A stretch of 64,000 nucleotides of DNA from Macrostomum lignano (GCA_002269645.1 NIVC01002257.1:124001-188000); one strand, 5' to 3'. Counted from the first letter of the stretch, positions 36,836 to 49,922 are shown. Numbers and translations are program-made. The notes: generated by a model not told the origin, from the sequence alone.

Positions 36836-38500
36836 TATTCTTTTAATTTCCATTTTTAATCCTGTCGTTAGTCGTTAGTCGTTCCTTTCAGGAAATGTCC
36901 AGCATCCCACTGTAGGTCTTCATCTCGAAGACTCTCGAAAGCAAAAAATGCTGCTAATGAAATCGGTAGTCATGACAACTCTTCTCTATGGTAGTTACAG
37001 TTTACAAATAAGTGTTTTGAGTTCTTCAGATTCTATACTATATTGAAAACGTTATTTTAGTTTGTGTCTTATCTTAATTAATATATTTCTGCAACTTTGC
37101 TCCGAGCCTTCTAATCTGACATAGAAATACCAATTGAGCTACTACTATTAGTAGCACTAGCTGTCAGCCTGGTCCCTGTTATGCTACTGAATCTATCTGC
37201 CTAATGCCTGGACTTCTGTAGTTGGCTATCGCAGTGGACTCGAGATGATGAGCATTATGGGCCCTCTGAGTTGCCCTGTGGAATGGACAGCTGATGTCCG
37301 AGTTGGTTATGACGCGTTCAGATCAGACTAGTTTAAGCCCAGTGCTAAGATGGCAATTGCTGCGTTTTACAAGATGTCTTTGCGACCTTGGCTAGGTGAG
37401 CTGTGCTGCGCTTGTCTAAATTATATCGGCTTATAACCACAGATACTAGAATAACTGGATGTCACTGGCAGAAAATGCCTTTTGCCTTTATTACAAGTAA
37501 AACAAAGAGCGATGAAATTCAACTCGATATTTAAACTTTGTATATATAGCGAGCAAGAGAGAAAACCCCAGCCAGGCGATAAACAGTTGAGCTTTCTTCA
37601 TCTTGCCCGCTGGTGTCTGACTTTGACCTCTGTCCTTACTGCTCTCTCATTGGCTGAGCTAGATTGGGCCTGCCTCCTAGACTTAGTTTCCCACTGAGAT
37701 TCAGTATAGGGGATGGGAAACTACAAATTTAGGTTTTACCTACTTACCTACCGACAGACCATTTTTAGTATATGGGACTTGTTATTGCTTTTGATAGTAG
37801 GCAGACCAAATGTTCATCTTTTGATATACATGTATATTGCCTTTTTTGTAGCTCTATTGATTTTAATAGAGCCTTTTGTTTAGAAAATTGGGATTATACG
37901 AGTGTATCTTTATTTTATATCCTGTGCCTAAAAATAATGGCACAGCTCGACTCATTGGTATTATGAATCTATGAATCTATGTACTCCATGTGTAAGTGTG
38001 TGTATTTACGACTATGTACACGGAGCAATAGTTGACGTAGCAGCTAAATTAAAATATCGGTTGATTACCATCCTTATAGGGGTACAAGAAGAACCACCAA
38101 CACAGCTGTCTTGATTTTTTTAAGGCAGCAGCCTCCTGCTTCTGAAGGGCGAAGCTGGGCACTCTCATCCCGGTGATCGGGCGCACCTTGAACTCGTAGA
38201 TGATGCGTCTGCATGGCCACCAGCTGCAGACTGTCAGGCTCAGTCTAGCCGTGCCAAATCTGCAGCTTGCACTGAGGCTTCACCTTGTTTGCGAATTTAA
38301 TACAAGCCATTTGGCTTTGGTGCTGTTTAACTTTACTAATTGCTATTGTTAGATATTGGTTTTATTTATTACCAAATAAATAATAGATCACTTTTGGTCA
38401 GTTATTTTAACGTGACTTTTAATTATACACTTTTAGGAACACTTGTTTTGGTCTTTTAATTCTTAAATCGCTCTAGCATTTTTCGGATTGTTACTAGCAA

Positions 38501-39030
38501 TATACGCCCCCCTTGGGGAGCAAGCAAAGAATGTAATAAATTTTTTATTAAATAAACTACATTTAGTTTCCGATCTCCGCCTTTATATCTTAGCAATTCG
38601 CCCCAAGCATTGCCATCTCGAAAATTTCCCCCGTAAGCCTTGACATCTCAGCGATTCCCCTCCCTCCTCTGAGACTTGACGTCTCAGCAATCCCACCCCA
38701 AGCCTTGCTATATCATAAATTCCCCAAGCCTTGACATCTTAGCGATTTCCCCAGCAAGCCTTCTATGTCTTCTATGATGCTTCTTCTATGTCTACATGAC
38801 GCTTCTTTCGTGTATTGCATGATGCTTATTTTAGTCTGACGTGACGCTTCTTTTATGTCTGACGTTACGCTTCTTTTATGTTTTACATGACGCATTTATG
38901 TATTACATCTACGCCCCCGTTGGGGAGCAGACAAAAAATGTAGTATAATATTTTAAATAAACTACATCTAGCTTCTGGCCTCAGCCTTATATCTTAGCGA
39001 TTCCCCGTGAACCTTGACATCTTAGCAATG
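38501..39030. repeat. Imperfect direct duplication (about 410-bp period) with internal about 25-bp repeats
   Basis: acgccccc.ttggggagca...ctacat.tag...atatcttagc at 38504 and 38911; repeated ccttgacatcttagcgattcccc. Confidence 0.6.
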
Positions 39031-39193
39031 CCCCCCATTAGCCCCTTTCAAGACCCCTTTACTCCTAACACTGGATTAGAAGTTGTCAGAAACTATAAGC
39101 TTTATAAGGTGCAATAAACTATTAAATTGTCTTAATGCATTCAATTTCTATTTCATTTCAGTATTAACTAAACCGCCGTCCTGTGCATCATAT

Positions 39194-40150
39194 ATGTGGC
39201 CTTTTGACAGTCAAGAAGTTCACTATGCCGTCCATGCGCTCTGCTGTTGGATTATCTGCGGCTTAGCTTGGGAGATTTACGTATTTCGCGGCCAGATCAA
39301 TGCACTACGGACGGAGTGTGCAGATATTGAGAAGAAAAACGAAAAATTGGAACAGCGAAATGAAGTATTGGAGAAACGGTCTGACGTAGTTGGGGAGAAA
39401 AATGACGAATTGACTGCTGAGAACAACACGTTAACAAAGGAGAAGTATAGGCTTCAAAGTGAGAATAGCTCGCTTGAGTTAGTAAAGCAAGCATCGGATT
39501 CCAACTACGAATTTTTGAACAAGAGACTGTCAAAGCTCGAGCTTAAGAACTCTCAACTTAAAGCAAAAAATAACGCATTAGAAAAGACCAATTCAGCCGT
39601 AGAATTCTCCGTTACTCCACCAATCAACGGACAATACAACGCCAGTGCCAACGATGTCTCACTGCGGGAAGAGTTCGAGACATTGGAAAAGGAGAATCAA
39701 GAATTCAGGACTCAAATCGCTTTGCACGAGAAAGACAGAAGTCTATTTGAAGAAAAGCTGGACAATATGAGCCTGACGGCAAAGGATTACGAAACCAAAA
39801 ACTCCGAATTGCGCATGGAAGTAGACCGATTAAAAGATAAAAACAAAGTACTGAAAGACAAACTGGCTGCTTTGCGCAGAGAGTGCTCTGAGCTTGAAAA
39901 TAATCAAAACGCTCTGCAGAGAAAGTATGGCAATGGAAACGGGCGCCAAACCTGCTCCGTGAATGTGACCCATGTCGGTCAGATGGTGCTCAACACACAG
40001 GTGCCGATTCCTTTGAGTTCACCGAAGCATAATCCGGTAGCTTCAGCTGATGTCCAGGAAACTTCTGCTGATGAAGCAGCTGGTGGCAGCTGGACAGATG
40101 TGCCACGGAGGCGCAGGAACAAACGGCGTGGTTTGAATCGGCTGCAATAA
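39194..40150 (+). CDS. 318-aa orphan: N-terminal TM segment, long coiled coil, basic C-terminus
   Basis: ATG 39194 after acceptor catttcag at 39160. AVHALCCWIICGLAWEIYVF hydrophobic helix, about 230 aa of heptads, ends RRRRNKRRGLNRLQ. Confidence 0.7.
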   Translation: MWPFDSQEVHYAVHALCCWIICGLAWEIYVFRGQINALRTECADIEKKNEKLEQRNEVLEKRSDVVGEKNDELTAENNTLTKEKYRLQSENSSLELVKQASDSNYEFLNKRLSKLELKNSQLKAKNNALEKTNSAVEFSVTPPINGQYNASANDVSLREEFETLEKENQEFRTQIALHEKDRSLFEEKLDNMSLTAKDYETKNSELRMEVDRLKDKNKVLKDKLAALRRECSELENNQNALQRKYGNGNGRQTCSVNVTHVGQMVLNTQVPIPLSSPKHNPVASADVQETSADEAAGGSWTDVPRRRRNKRRGLNRLQ

Positions 40151-41806
40151 GTCCAACTTTGATATTCGGTGTCTGCAGTGCTTATATGCTGTTGCATTTC
40201 TATCAAATCAATATTTTTACACAATTCACCATGCTCAAAATTACTACAACTAGAGCTAAATTAAAGCAGCTGCTCCGAAAGAACTCATTTACGGAGGCCA
40301 AAGTCACGAACTCGCATCTTATTTTTTTCGTTTTTGTGGTCCATTCTCGACGAAGAAAGTCTGAGCCGGTTCCAGACAATTTTGAGGATTCTGCCGTCTC
40401 CATTATCTTCTATTTCTCCCTGACTCGGCTCTGAAATTATATTTAGCTGACTTGACTGTCGCCGGCTGCCTGTGCACCTGATGCTGTGTTATGCTACATC
40501 ATTTATTCAAGAATCTTATACACTTTTTAAGCCTTTCTTTAGCAGTCTAAGTCCGTGCTCCTGATTTTACTGTAAAAAATGACAAGCAGGCAGTGTGTTA
40601 AGTAAGGCGTTTGCGGTAGGATTCCAGGCAGATTGTCTCTGATTCTGAAAGACATCAATATGTGCTGAAAAATCTAGCCAACTCAATATGTAACTGTTTA
40701 TCTGCCACAATCCATGTCACATTGAAATGGCGAAGGTTGAAGGATCTGGTTGAATTTACGAGTGTATATATTTGTAGCGCGTATAATAAAATGCTGCTCG
40801 TACTTAAACTTGAATTCAAAAGTGCACTTGACTGTACTGACTATTTACTTAAAAGTTATTTGAATAACAGAAGAAACACTCATTCTCAGTGATGTTAGAA
40901 CGAGTAGCAAGTCGTTCGAGCACCAATTAAGACTGCGAGCAGTATTAAGAAACACTGGTTATTAACAGAGTCTTGAGACCGATTTAATGAACTACCAATA
41001 ATAGATACAAGTCCATGTCTATCTAAAGTAACCGCTGTCAAAGTCTCATAAACGGCTAATGGATTTTCTTGCTTTTATTGACACCTCTATTCTAGGCAAT
41101 TGCAATTCTCTGGTCTGTAACCTGTTATTCCTGTTAAGGACATTAAGGACTAAGGACATTTTTTCCTTGTAAAGAATAATTTTAAAAAATCGGATTATGA
41201 ATTCTAAAAAAACTTACTTTCCAGTTGATTTTTATCTATGCGTCAAAGGTGAAAACACCGTTTCCAATGAAATGTTTTTGTGCGATTGCTATCTGAGCTC
41301 GATCTATACGTTCTGGTCTTTTTATTGGCTTCGTTTGATTGCAGAAATTATCGTATATTTTATGCGGGTTCATATCTACAATTATTTATTGTTATTTGTT
41401 TTGTTTTAGGCTGTACTAAAATACAATTTCATTGCTTGATATTTGCTTTTAGAAGGAAAGATTCTGATAATTTACAGTTTATTTATTCTCACTAATGACC
41501 AAGAAACCTTGTCACTTCGAATGCCAAAGTCTCAGCGTTTCAGTGCTAGCCCGCCTTTTTTGTTTGCAAATACAAATATGAATATTTGCCCATATTGTTC
41601 TGCTTTCTTGCTTAGCTGTAATACTCGTAATTGTGCCTAAATTATCCGTATTTAATTATGTACAAATGATTTGCTTTAATAAATATTAAGCATTACTTTT
41701 TGTCTTCAATCCTTGATTATTATGGCTTCAGTGTTTTCTGGGTATTTTCTCTAATGACTAGTAGCTTAGTGGAATCATTACTCTTTGCAGTCTCTGTTGT
41801 AGCATA

Positions 41807-42027
41807 GGTTGTAGCATAGGCCTACTGGTCAGAGCATCGGACTCATGACTTGAAGGTCGAGGGTTCGATTCCCGATCCCACTGGAACAATTGTGTGGCGA
41901 CCCCCCAGTCCTTGGACTTGAACAGCCGAACGCAGCCTTCAGATGCGCCGCGCAATAGCTGCGGCTGAGCTGTCGGTTGCACATTTGGCCCAATTGAGGC
42001 AGGTGTAATCAATTATTATTATTATTA
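41807..42027 (+). mobile_element. tRNA-derived SINE, internally deleted copy
   Basis: A box tggtcagagcatcgg, B box ggttcgattcc, 3' part shared with 45988-46253, (att)n tail. Confidence 0.8.
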
Positions 42028-42145
42028 AGTCTTTGTAACTTAAAAGTGACTTATTTGATAATAAAACTAAAAATTATTTGAATTGTTAGTTTCTTTTCAA
42101 ATCAGTGAAATTGAATTTTAACTGCCCAATATTTCAGCCGCCACA

Positions 42146-42457
42146 ATGTTCCGCTGTTATTTTGACCTCTGCGGCAGTGCGGCATGCCTGCTGATGATGC
42201 TCAGCAGCATGGCAACAGTTTCCTTCGTTGCTATGGAAATTTCTCGCGAATATCGCTTACAATCGACGCTGGCCCGTGCTAGCTGCTCCGATGATTGGTT
42301 CTGGTGGCCAAGTGAGCGCAGCCAATCAGAATGCTCCGTTGGGCCGCTAGCAATTTTGTGGCGAATTTCATTACCAAAAATGCTAATATTTAGCCTGCGG
42401 GATCTACTTGTGCTTCCGGTGGAATTTGGTGGCCTCATTGCTGGCAGGTGTGTATGA
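42146..42457 (+). pseudogene. Truncated/degenerate CLCC1(MCLC)-like paralogue 1
   Basis: REYRLQSTLARASCSD..SQSECSVGPLAILWRISL..DLLVLPVE matches paralogues 2 and 3; early stop. Confidence 0.65.
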
Positions 42458-42813
42458 ATTCGTTCTTCATATGTGTAAACTTGTTCCTGAAGGCCATTTT
42501 ATCTGGCTTAAATGGAAGTTTCCTTGTTCGCTTCCCTTACCAGAAATTATGGTCCAGATTTCTGTTGTGAAAACAGAAACAAGCTATGACGATGAAGCTT
42601 CTCTATCCGGCCCTCGGGTCCTTTGAAACTTCACAATAGCAGTCTGGTTGGGTCAGGGTTTGTGTCTCTTCTCTCTTTTCTCCCCTCTCCTCTCCCTGCC
42701 CTCTCTCGTCTCTCCTCTCCTCTTATCTTCTTTTTTTATCTCTTCTCTCATCCAATCTCTCGCCTCGTGTCTTCTCTCATCTCTCATCTTCTATTCCCTC
42801 TCTTTTTTACTCA

Positions 42814-43721
42814 CATCTGGCCCGCAGCCATGAGCTGGATTCTTCATCTGGCCCGCAGCCATGTGCAGGATTCTTCATCTGGCTCGCAGCCATGCGCAGG
42901 ATTCTTCATCTGGCCCACAGCTATGAGCAGGATTCTTCATCTGGCTCGCAGCCATGAGCTGGATTCTTCATCTGGCCCACAGCTATGAGCTGGATTCTTC
43001 ATCTGGCTCGCAGCCATGAGCTGGATTCTTCATCTGGCTCGCAGCCATGAGCTGGATTCTTCATCTGGCCCACAGCTATGAGCTGGATTCTTCATCTTGC
43101 CCGCAGCCATGAGCTGGATTCTTCATCTGGCCCACAGCTATGAGCAGGATTCTTCATCTGGCCCACAGCTATGAGCAGGATTCTTCATCTGGCCCACAGC
43201 TATGAGCTGGATTCTTCATCTGGCCCACAGCCATGAGCTGGATTCTTCATCTGGCCCACAGCTATGAGCTGGATTCTTCATCTTGCCCGCAGCCATGAGC
43301 TGGATTCTTCATCTGGCTCGCAGCCATGAGCTGGATTCTTCATCTGGCCCACAGCTATGAGCTGGATTCTTCATTTGGCCCACAGCTATGAGCAGGATTC
43401 TTCATCTGGCCCACAGTCATGAGCTGGATTCTTCATCTGGCCCACAGCTATGAGCTGGATTCTTCATCTTGCCCGCAGCCATGAGCTGGATTCTTCATCT
43501 GGCCCGCAGCCATGAGCTGGATTCTTCATCTGGCCCGCAGCCATGAGCTGGATTCTTCATCTGGCCCACAGCCATGAGCTGGATTCTTCATTTGGCCCAC
43601 AGTCATGAGCTGGATTCTTCATCTGGCCCGCAGCCATGAGCTGGATTCTTCATCTGGCCCACAGCCATGAGCTGGATTCTTCATCTGGCCCGCAGCCATG
43701 AGCTGGATTCTTCATCTGGCC
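42814..43721. repeat. 31-bp minisatellite (catctggcccgcagccatgagctggattctt), about 29 copies
   Basis: Direct tandem array with few variants and no unique spacers. Confidence 0.95.
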
Positions 43722-43826
43722 ATTGACCCCTGGGCTCTGAAACTTGCCTTTCATTGGTAAGCAAAACAAACGAAAAAGCAAAGAGCAGCTTCTCTGGTTA
43801 AGCTCACAATATGCTTATAATTTCAG

Positions 43827-44493
43827 ACCCATTTACCAGTGGCTAAATGGGCCTGTCATCAAGGCAGAATCTGCAACAGTCTTTTCCGGTGCAGATATCT
43901 TACGGTGCAGCTTATACGCATGCTTTACTGTTGGATTGATTTTCTATATTCGGTTTTGTAAGCTGGATTATCGGCACCTGCACTATGAGGCCTTCCTACT
44001 TGCGATGGTTTTCGCCTTTGTATTTCTAATTGTTCCTGTGGAATTCTACCGAGAATACCAATGGCAAAGGGAGCTTGCTCAAGCCCGCTGCTCTGATTGG
44101 TCAGTGACAAGCTTGCTGTCTAATTGGTTGTTTAGTGTTAGCCAATCAGAGTGCTCCGTTGGCTTGCTCACCATTCTGTGGCGTGTGTCTATTCTTCGCG
44201 TGCTGCTGCTCTGTGCTTGGGATCTGCTGGTATTTCCTGTTGAGGTTGTCACCAATGCGGCTGGAAGTTTGCTATCGGTGATTGTTGCTTTTGCGCTGTG
44301 GCAGCCGTTGGTAGCTGTTGCTACGCTGGTTGTTGCTCTAGCAATTCTGGGCTACGGGCTACGGGCTCGAAAGCGACGCCTAGAGGTGGCGCGGAAAATT
44401 GAAGATTATCAACAGATGCAGCTTCGTCAGTCTCTGGCTTCCTCTGGCTGTAAGTTTGCTCAAGGCAACAATATCTATTATTCGAGGTACTGA
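43827..44493 (+). CDS. CLCC1(MCLC)-like multi-TM protein, paralogue 2 (5' end uncertain)
   Basis: Acceptor aatttcag at 43826. Two TMs, REYQWQRELAQARCSDW..SECSVGLLTILWRVS..DLLVFPVEVV..WQPLV..ILGY. Confidence 0.6.
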
Positions 44494-45987
44494 TATTTTT
44501 TTACTTCAAAAATTTATTTTGGTTTTTGGCTCATTTTATCTGTTAATTCACTTAGCTGTGATTTTTCAAATACATTCGATGATTCGAACAATAAGTTTTA
44601 ACTTTACATTTTATTATCACTAATGCTTGTTATAACTATTTACTCCACTTTAAAACGAGTGAAAACGAGTAAGCAATCCTGGTTTCAAAGCAAGTCTAAA
44701 TTGATGCTTCACCACTCGCTTAAAACTCGCCTGTACTTTTTTGCTCTGACAACTTTAACAGATCGAACTTGGAAAAAGACAGAAAAGTATGTAATCTCGA
44801 TAAATTGCGATGTAGGTGTTTTATTCCAATATCCAGCTGCATTTCCTCTCTTTCTCCTCTACTCTCTACTCTTTACTCTTCTCTTTCCTCTCCTCTCTTC
44901 TCCTCCTCTGTCCTCTCTCCTTTCCCCTATTCGTTTTTAAGGCAAATCAATCCAATTGAAACGAATCTAGGCTGCCAGAAGTTTTTTATTTTGTGATTTA
45001 GGTTCAATTACCGTTCAAAAGTTAGTGAACTTTTAAAGAGTTATGATTTTTATTTGTAACAGAACACTGTCGGTGAAATATAAAGCGAGGTTAAGATTAA
45101 AAATACTGTTTTGATTATTATGATTGATTACATGACACGTACTGGTAATTTAGTTGTTTGAAAAAAAAATCGGTTCAGGCTTTCAGGCCTGAAAGGTTAG
45201 TATATTGTGATGATTTAGTTGTTTTGTATTTAGTTGTGATACCCGGATAGGAGTTCTGGCCACTCGAGCAATAAACTTGAAACTCTAACTATGACTGAGA
45301 TTTTTACTATCAATTTAACTCAAAATGCAAGTTTATACACATTCTTGTACTTTTATTTATTAATGTTTACTGTTTTATTTTCTATCGGTATTTATTACTT
45401 ATTGTAGCTATATTGGCTATTCTTTTTATTTATCTACTTTTGCACATTTTAAAGCTTGAAACAGCGAATATTTTTTTAATCTTTTGATTCTTTTGAGCAC
45501 CGTTTTCGTTTTTGTTTCGCTCGATGATAAGCTCTGAAATACTCGCTTATCTTTCGTTGGAAAATAAAGATTATAATTTTTAAACACTTTTTACTACTTA
45601 ATATCATTGTGTTCTATTCATTTGGGGTTCACTAAAGTTAGACTTTAGTAGTTTGTTGTTACTATTGGTATAACCCTTTTGCCTACAATACTTAATTAAA
45701 ATTTCAATAATTACACATGTACGTGTTGCTCACAGATTATCAAAGTCATTTCTGTTACTCTGTTCTGTCAGCTATAAACAGGATATCTAATAGTCTTTCA
45801 TTCTCGATTTATAATGTTTCATACTTCACACTGGCTAATTGATAGTAACAAATTGCCAGCTTATACATCGATGAATTGGCCACATATGCTCATGCAGCTC
45901 AGACAGGCTCAGGTCTTCTCTCTCCTTTCCTTTCCTTTCTTCTCTCTCTTTCCCTCTTCTCTCCTTCCCTCTCTTCTCTCCTTCCCT

Positions 45988-46253
45988 AAAGCATCAGACT
46001 CACGACTGAAAGGTCTGGGGTTCGATTCTCGACCCACACAGAACAATTTTTGTCCTTGAGCAAGACACTTAACTCTGCATTGCTTCAGTTCACGTTCAGT
46101 TGAAGGGAATATGTGCGAGCATTAGCTATGGTAATTGAGGGTGTGTGTGGCGACCCCCAGTCCTTGGATTGAACAGCCGTAAGCAGCTTTCAGATGCACT
46201 ACGCAATAGCTGCGGCTGAGCTGTCGGTTGCACATCTATTGTTATTATTATTA
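45988..46253 (+). mobile_element. tRNA-derived SINE with CORE-like segment
   Basis: B box ggttcgattc, gtccttgagcaagacacttaac resembles the CORE-SINE core, same 3' end as 41807, (att)n tail. Confidence 0.75.
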
Positions 46254-46393
46254 ACTTCACTTGATTTCGACTCTTGCTTCCCTTTACCCTCCTCGTCCTC
46301 TAGATAATTTATGCTTAGGTTTCATGGGTTTTCGTGTAATCTATACCGCAAAATTTAACTGATTAGCCATGCCATAACACTGCTTCCAGAGTG

Positions 46394-47128
46394 ATGCTTC
46401 AGTGGCTATCCAGCCACCTCAACGCCGGATCTGCTGCCTCTCCCGCCAGTAGCTCAGGCAGTCACGCCTCAGCCGTTATCCTATTCGCCTGCGCACTGGG
46501 CACCCTCATGTACTTTCTGTGGGTCTCCGGCCTCGCCTGCCCCGGCTGCGCCTACTTAAAATTACGTCGGCGTCTCAGACTGTGGCTTCTGCTTTTATTC
46601 ATCTTCGCCTTGATGACTTCCATCGCCGTGGAGCTGGTGAAAGAGTATCACAGACAGCTGGATTTTCTGAGGAACGACTGTTCCAGCTGGTCTATAGCCG
46701 GTCTCTTGAATAGTTTGGTTAGCTGGCGTTCAGAATCCAGTCAGGTTGATTGTTCAGCGAGCTTGTTGAGTCCACTGTGGCGGATTTCACTACTGCGGGT
46801 GCTGCTGCTAAGTCTGCAAGATCTGCTAGTGCTGCCTGTTGAGATTGTTTGCAGAGCGGCTGGAAGAGGCCTGACCGCATTTATGTCCTCTGTGCCTGTG
46901 CTATGGCAGCCGGTTGTACTTGTAGCTCTCGTGCTTCTGTGCTGCATCTGTCTGTTCTGCTTCTTTGGCTACCACTTTCGAGCTCCGCTGATTCACGTTG
47001 GACCGGTAGCTCCTGCAGCTAGAGCAGTCGACAATGATAGAGGCAGCGACAGTGTCTGCAGTATCTGTGTCCGTCGGCGAGAACGACGTCGAATGCAGCG
47101 CCCTCCGAGAGTGGGTCGGCGAGTTTGA
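46394..47128 (+). CDS. CLCC1: CLCC1(MCLC)-like multi-TM protein, paralogue 3 (244 aa)
   Basis: C..W...L...C...LLSPLWRIS...LVLPVEIV..A...F...VPVLWQPVVLV..FGYHFRAP follows the CLCC1 C..W..C..L..PIW.V.P..PL..IG..F..P...PVL pattern. Assigned by eye. Confidence 0.55.
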   Translation: MLQWLSSHLNAGSAASPASSSGSHASAVILFACALGTLMYFLWVSGLACPGCAYLKLRRRLRLWLLLLFIFALMTSIAVELVKEYHRQLDFLRNDCSSWSIAGLLNSLVSWRSESSQVDCSASLLSPLWRISLLRVLLLSLQDLLVLPVEIVCRAAGRGLTAFMSSVPVLWQPVVLVALVLLCCICLFCFFGYHFRAPLIHVGPVAPAARAVDNDRGSDSVCSICVRRRERRRMQRPPRVGRRV

Positions 47129-47280
47129 ATTTTTGAACTGCTGGGTATTCGGTAACTTCTAGCAATTGATGTGTTTTGGTTAGAGGCAGGGGGTGGACTT
47201 TCAAGCGAAATTGTCCCAATTAGCATTACTGCCCATTCCGCCGACTCCCCTGAGCAGCGCACAGAAGCGCGCGGATACGT

Positions 47281-47395
47281 ACGCAGTCATACGCACAGGC
47301 ACACACTTAGGAATGTCACACAGGAGTGTACAGCGACCCTAACTTTATTTATCGTTATGCATGTACACTTCCCTGTGCCCTGGGGGTTGGCCCTC
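47281..47395 (+). repeat. Dispersed repeat, 3 diverged copies (also 48839-48895 plus, 54717-54825 minus)
   Basis: Shared acgcagtcatac / gcatgtaca..ctgtgccctgggg.ttggccctc blocks. Confidence 0.55.
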
Positions 47396-49236
47396 AAAGG
47401 CCTTAATTGCACGAGCAGAGCCAAGCCGAGCACATCAGAGCGCCGCGCTAGACCGATGTATTATTCGATGAAATTTTTCTCATGATCATAGCTTACTGAG
47501 CACCATATTACGAGTATCCAGTAAAGGTTAGCCCACGAAGCCTCTTTTACCGATTTTTAGGTCCTTTGAAACTCACCACAGCAATTCGGCCCACTCAAGT
47601 CAAGGTTTGTGTCTCTTCTCAGCTCTCTTCTCTTCCCCCCTTCATCTCATTTCCTCTCCTCTCTTCTCGACTTTCCTTTCAACTCTCATCCCATCTATCC
47701 TTAAATCTACTCTCCCGCCTCTCTTCTCATATCTAATCTATTTTTTCCTCACCTCTCTCCTCTATTCTCTCCTTTCCCCTCTCGTTTGGCCCTTGGACTA
47801 AAAAAGATTGCCGAAAAGAATCAAATGTTGGTTTGGATTTTACCGAATATACGTACTCGAAATCTGTTGCAATTCTTTTGAACCCATTGATACTATATAA
47901 AAACTAGATAGTTCACTTTGAAATTATGTTGGATCTTTGTTAATACTGAAATGGAAATGCTGATAACAAATTTCTTTAAAAAAGAATAATTAAACATGCT
48001 CGTTCAAGCTACTAAATCAAGAGTAGCTTAAATGAGTATTACTATCGGAATGTGAGTAAACTAGCTAGGGTTTTGGTATCTTTTAATTAGAAGGAAATTT
48101 ACTTAGTGCATGTATTTATATCGATAAGCTGCTTTTATTCCCAATATAAATGAAATCATATTTTTATTATCCAGCAACTTTGATCTCTATGTTTCTCTTT
48201 CAACGTCTTTCAGTCACTAATAGGATATTTTCTTGCTCCTACAAGTTTTACTAATAAATAATGAGGTGTCGGTAATGCAATAAAAGTTTTCATGCGTTGA
48301 GCGCTTTTAATAAGCACAGTAAGTTTTTAGGTTTTCTAATCCTTCAAGTGCGAGCGAGTACTTATTGACAGACTGAGTCTCCATGCACCTATGCTGAATT
48401 GTGCTTATTATTGATTGACTATAACACGAACTTTAAACTTGAACATGTCAATAAACGATAGTCCTCTGAATGTATCAATATAATGTGTTTTACTTGTGAT
48501 TTTGGCATTGGAAATTTATTTTTTGTAAATATTATACTTATATTTACTCGAATATTCCATTTTTTGTACATACGCATTTTAATACATGAGCATGTACTTG
48601 GTAACTGGCTGGCATGGCCGAACTATAATGTCTTAAGTTCTCATCGTTTGCTTGTTGCATAATTAATCGAACAGGAACTTTTCCTGGTGGAAATCGGATA
48701 TGATCAATAGAATCTCTGACTTTGATTCATTTTGTAATAGTGCTGTTGCTACTCCATGCACATGTTTGCTCTTAAAACCTTTGCTAGTTAACTAAGTTTA
48801 TACGTATAGGCGGGGGGCTTCAGGCACTGCCGCATCTCACGCAGTCATACGTACGGAGGCAGCATGTACATTCTCTGTGCCTTGGGCATCGGCCTTGATG
48901 TGAATAAATCGCATGGCAAACTCCAGGTGTAGGCCAATATTTTCGCGTACACGAGATTAGCCCAAAAAATGAGGAATGACACGGGAATAAAAGTTTAAAA
49001 TAGAAAAATAGCTGTTAACTTCGAAGACGGCCACTCAAATTTTCAAATATTGCGGAATATTCGAATAGTTCGGAAAAGGTCTCTATTGATTCTATTGGTA
49101 ATAATTTTCGTTTCTAGCGATAAACTAGAATTCAATATTGACAGCCAGCAATGCTCAAAATGTTTCTTTGGATCAAAGCTCAGCGTATGGCGCTTGAGAA
49201 AATGTCATATTAAATAAATGGTTTTGTCCGCGTCGA

Positions 49237-49751
49237 TCAACCGCAGTAGGCAGCTATTGCCGCTTCGATCTCGGCCGGTGACAGGGCCGCAGCGGCTGCG
49301 CCGAAGCAGCCGATGACGCCGCCGAAGCCGTCGCCATTAGGCGGCGCAGCGCCAAGCCAGAGACGCGGCCGGTCGGTTGGCAGCGCGGCGGCCGGACTAG
49401 CGGAATCCACGGTCGCGTCGGCGTCGAAGCCAGCAGTCAGCGGCCTGCCGTCGAGCACAAGCGCGCCAATCGGGCTGATCACAGCGACGCTATGCCAGGC
49501 TCCTGGCAGTATAGCCGAGGTCAGCGCCGTGTAGCTGGCAACGGATTTGAGGTCTCCAAACTTCGGTGCTGCAGACGAGCGTTCCGATGCGAGCACCGAG
49601 GCCAGGCGGCTGGCCCCGACCGACAGCTGGACGAGTCGACGGCTGCCGGAGTTCCAGAAGGTCATCAGGGGCCGAGGCAGCGGGCTGGCGGTTTCCGTCA
49701 GCTTGAACTTGGCGAAAAAGGTCCAATCTGTGTCTTCCTCGTCCATTAGAT
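49237..49751 (-). CDS. Secreted protein exon 4: LamG/concanavalin-A-like domain
   Basis: Acceptor tttatag, phase 1. WTFFAKFK..AWHSVAV..LVLDG..LWLGA..FGGVIG pattern. Confidence 0.7.
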
Positions 49752-49922
49752 CTATAAATGGTTAAGTAAAATGTGGTACAACTTTTAACAAACGGCTAAC
49801 TACAATAGTTTTCAGAACTTTAAAAAGCATTGGTATGCCGTTGGACGGGACACATGTTACAAGCCATGTGACCACACAGAAATAATAGCGCTGTGAAAGA
49901 GTATCAGGTCGCCAAATCTTAC

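Noticed and set aside
41807-41885. tRNA gene
   Set aside because: A and B boxes are present, but there is no complete cloverleaf and it continues into a SINE body and (att)n tail shared with 45988.
42814-43721. CRISPR-like array (also 53081-53987 and 22183-22600)
   Set aside because: Contiguous tandem units without unique spacers, no cas genes, eukaryotic context.
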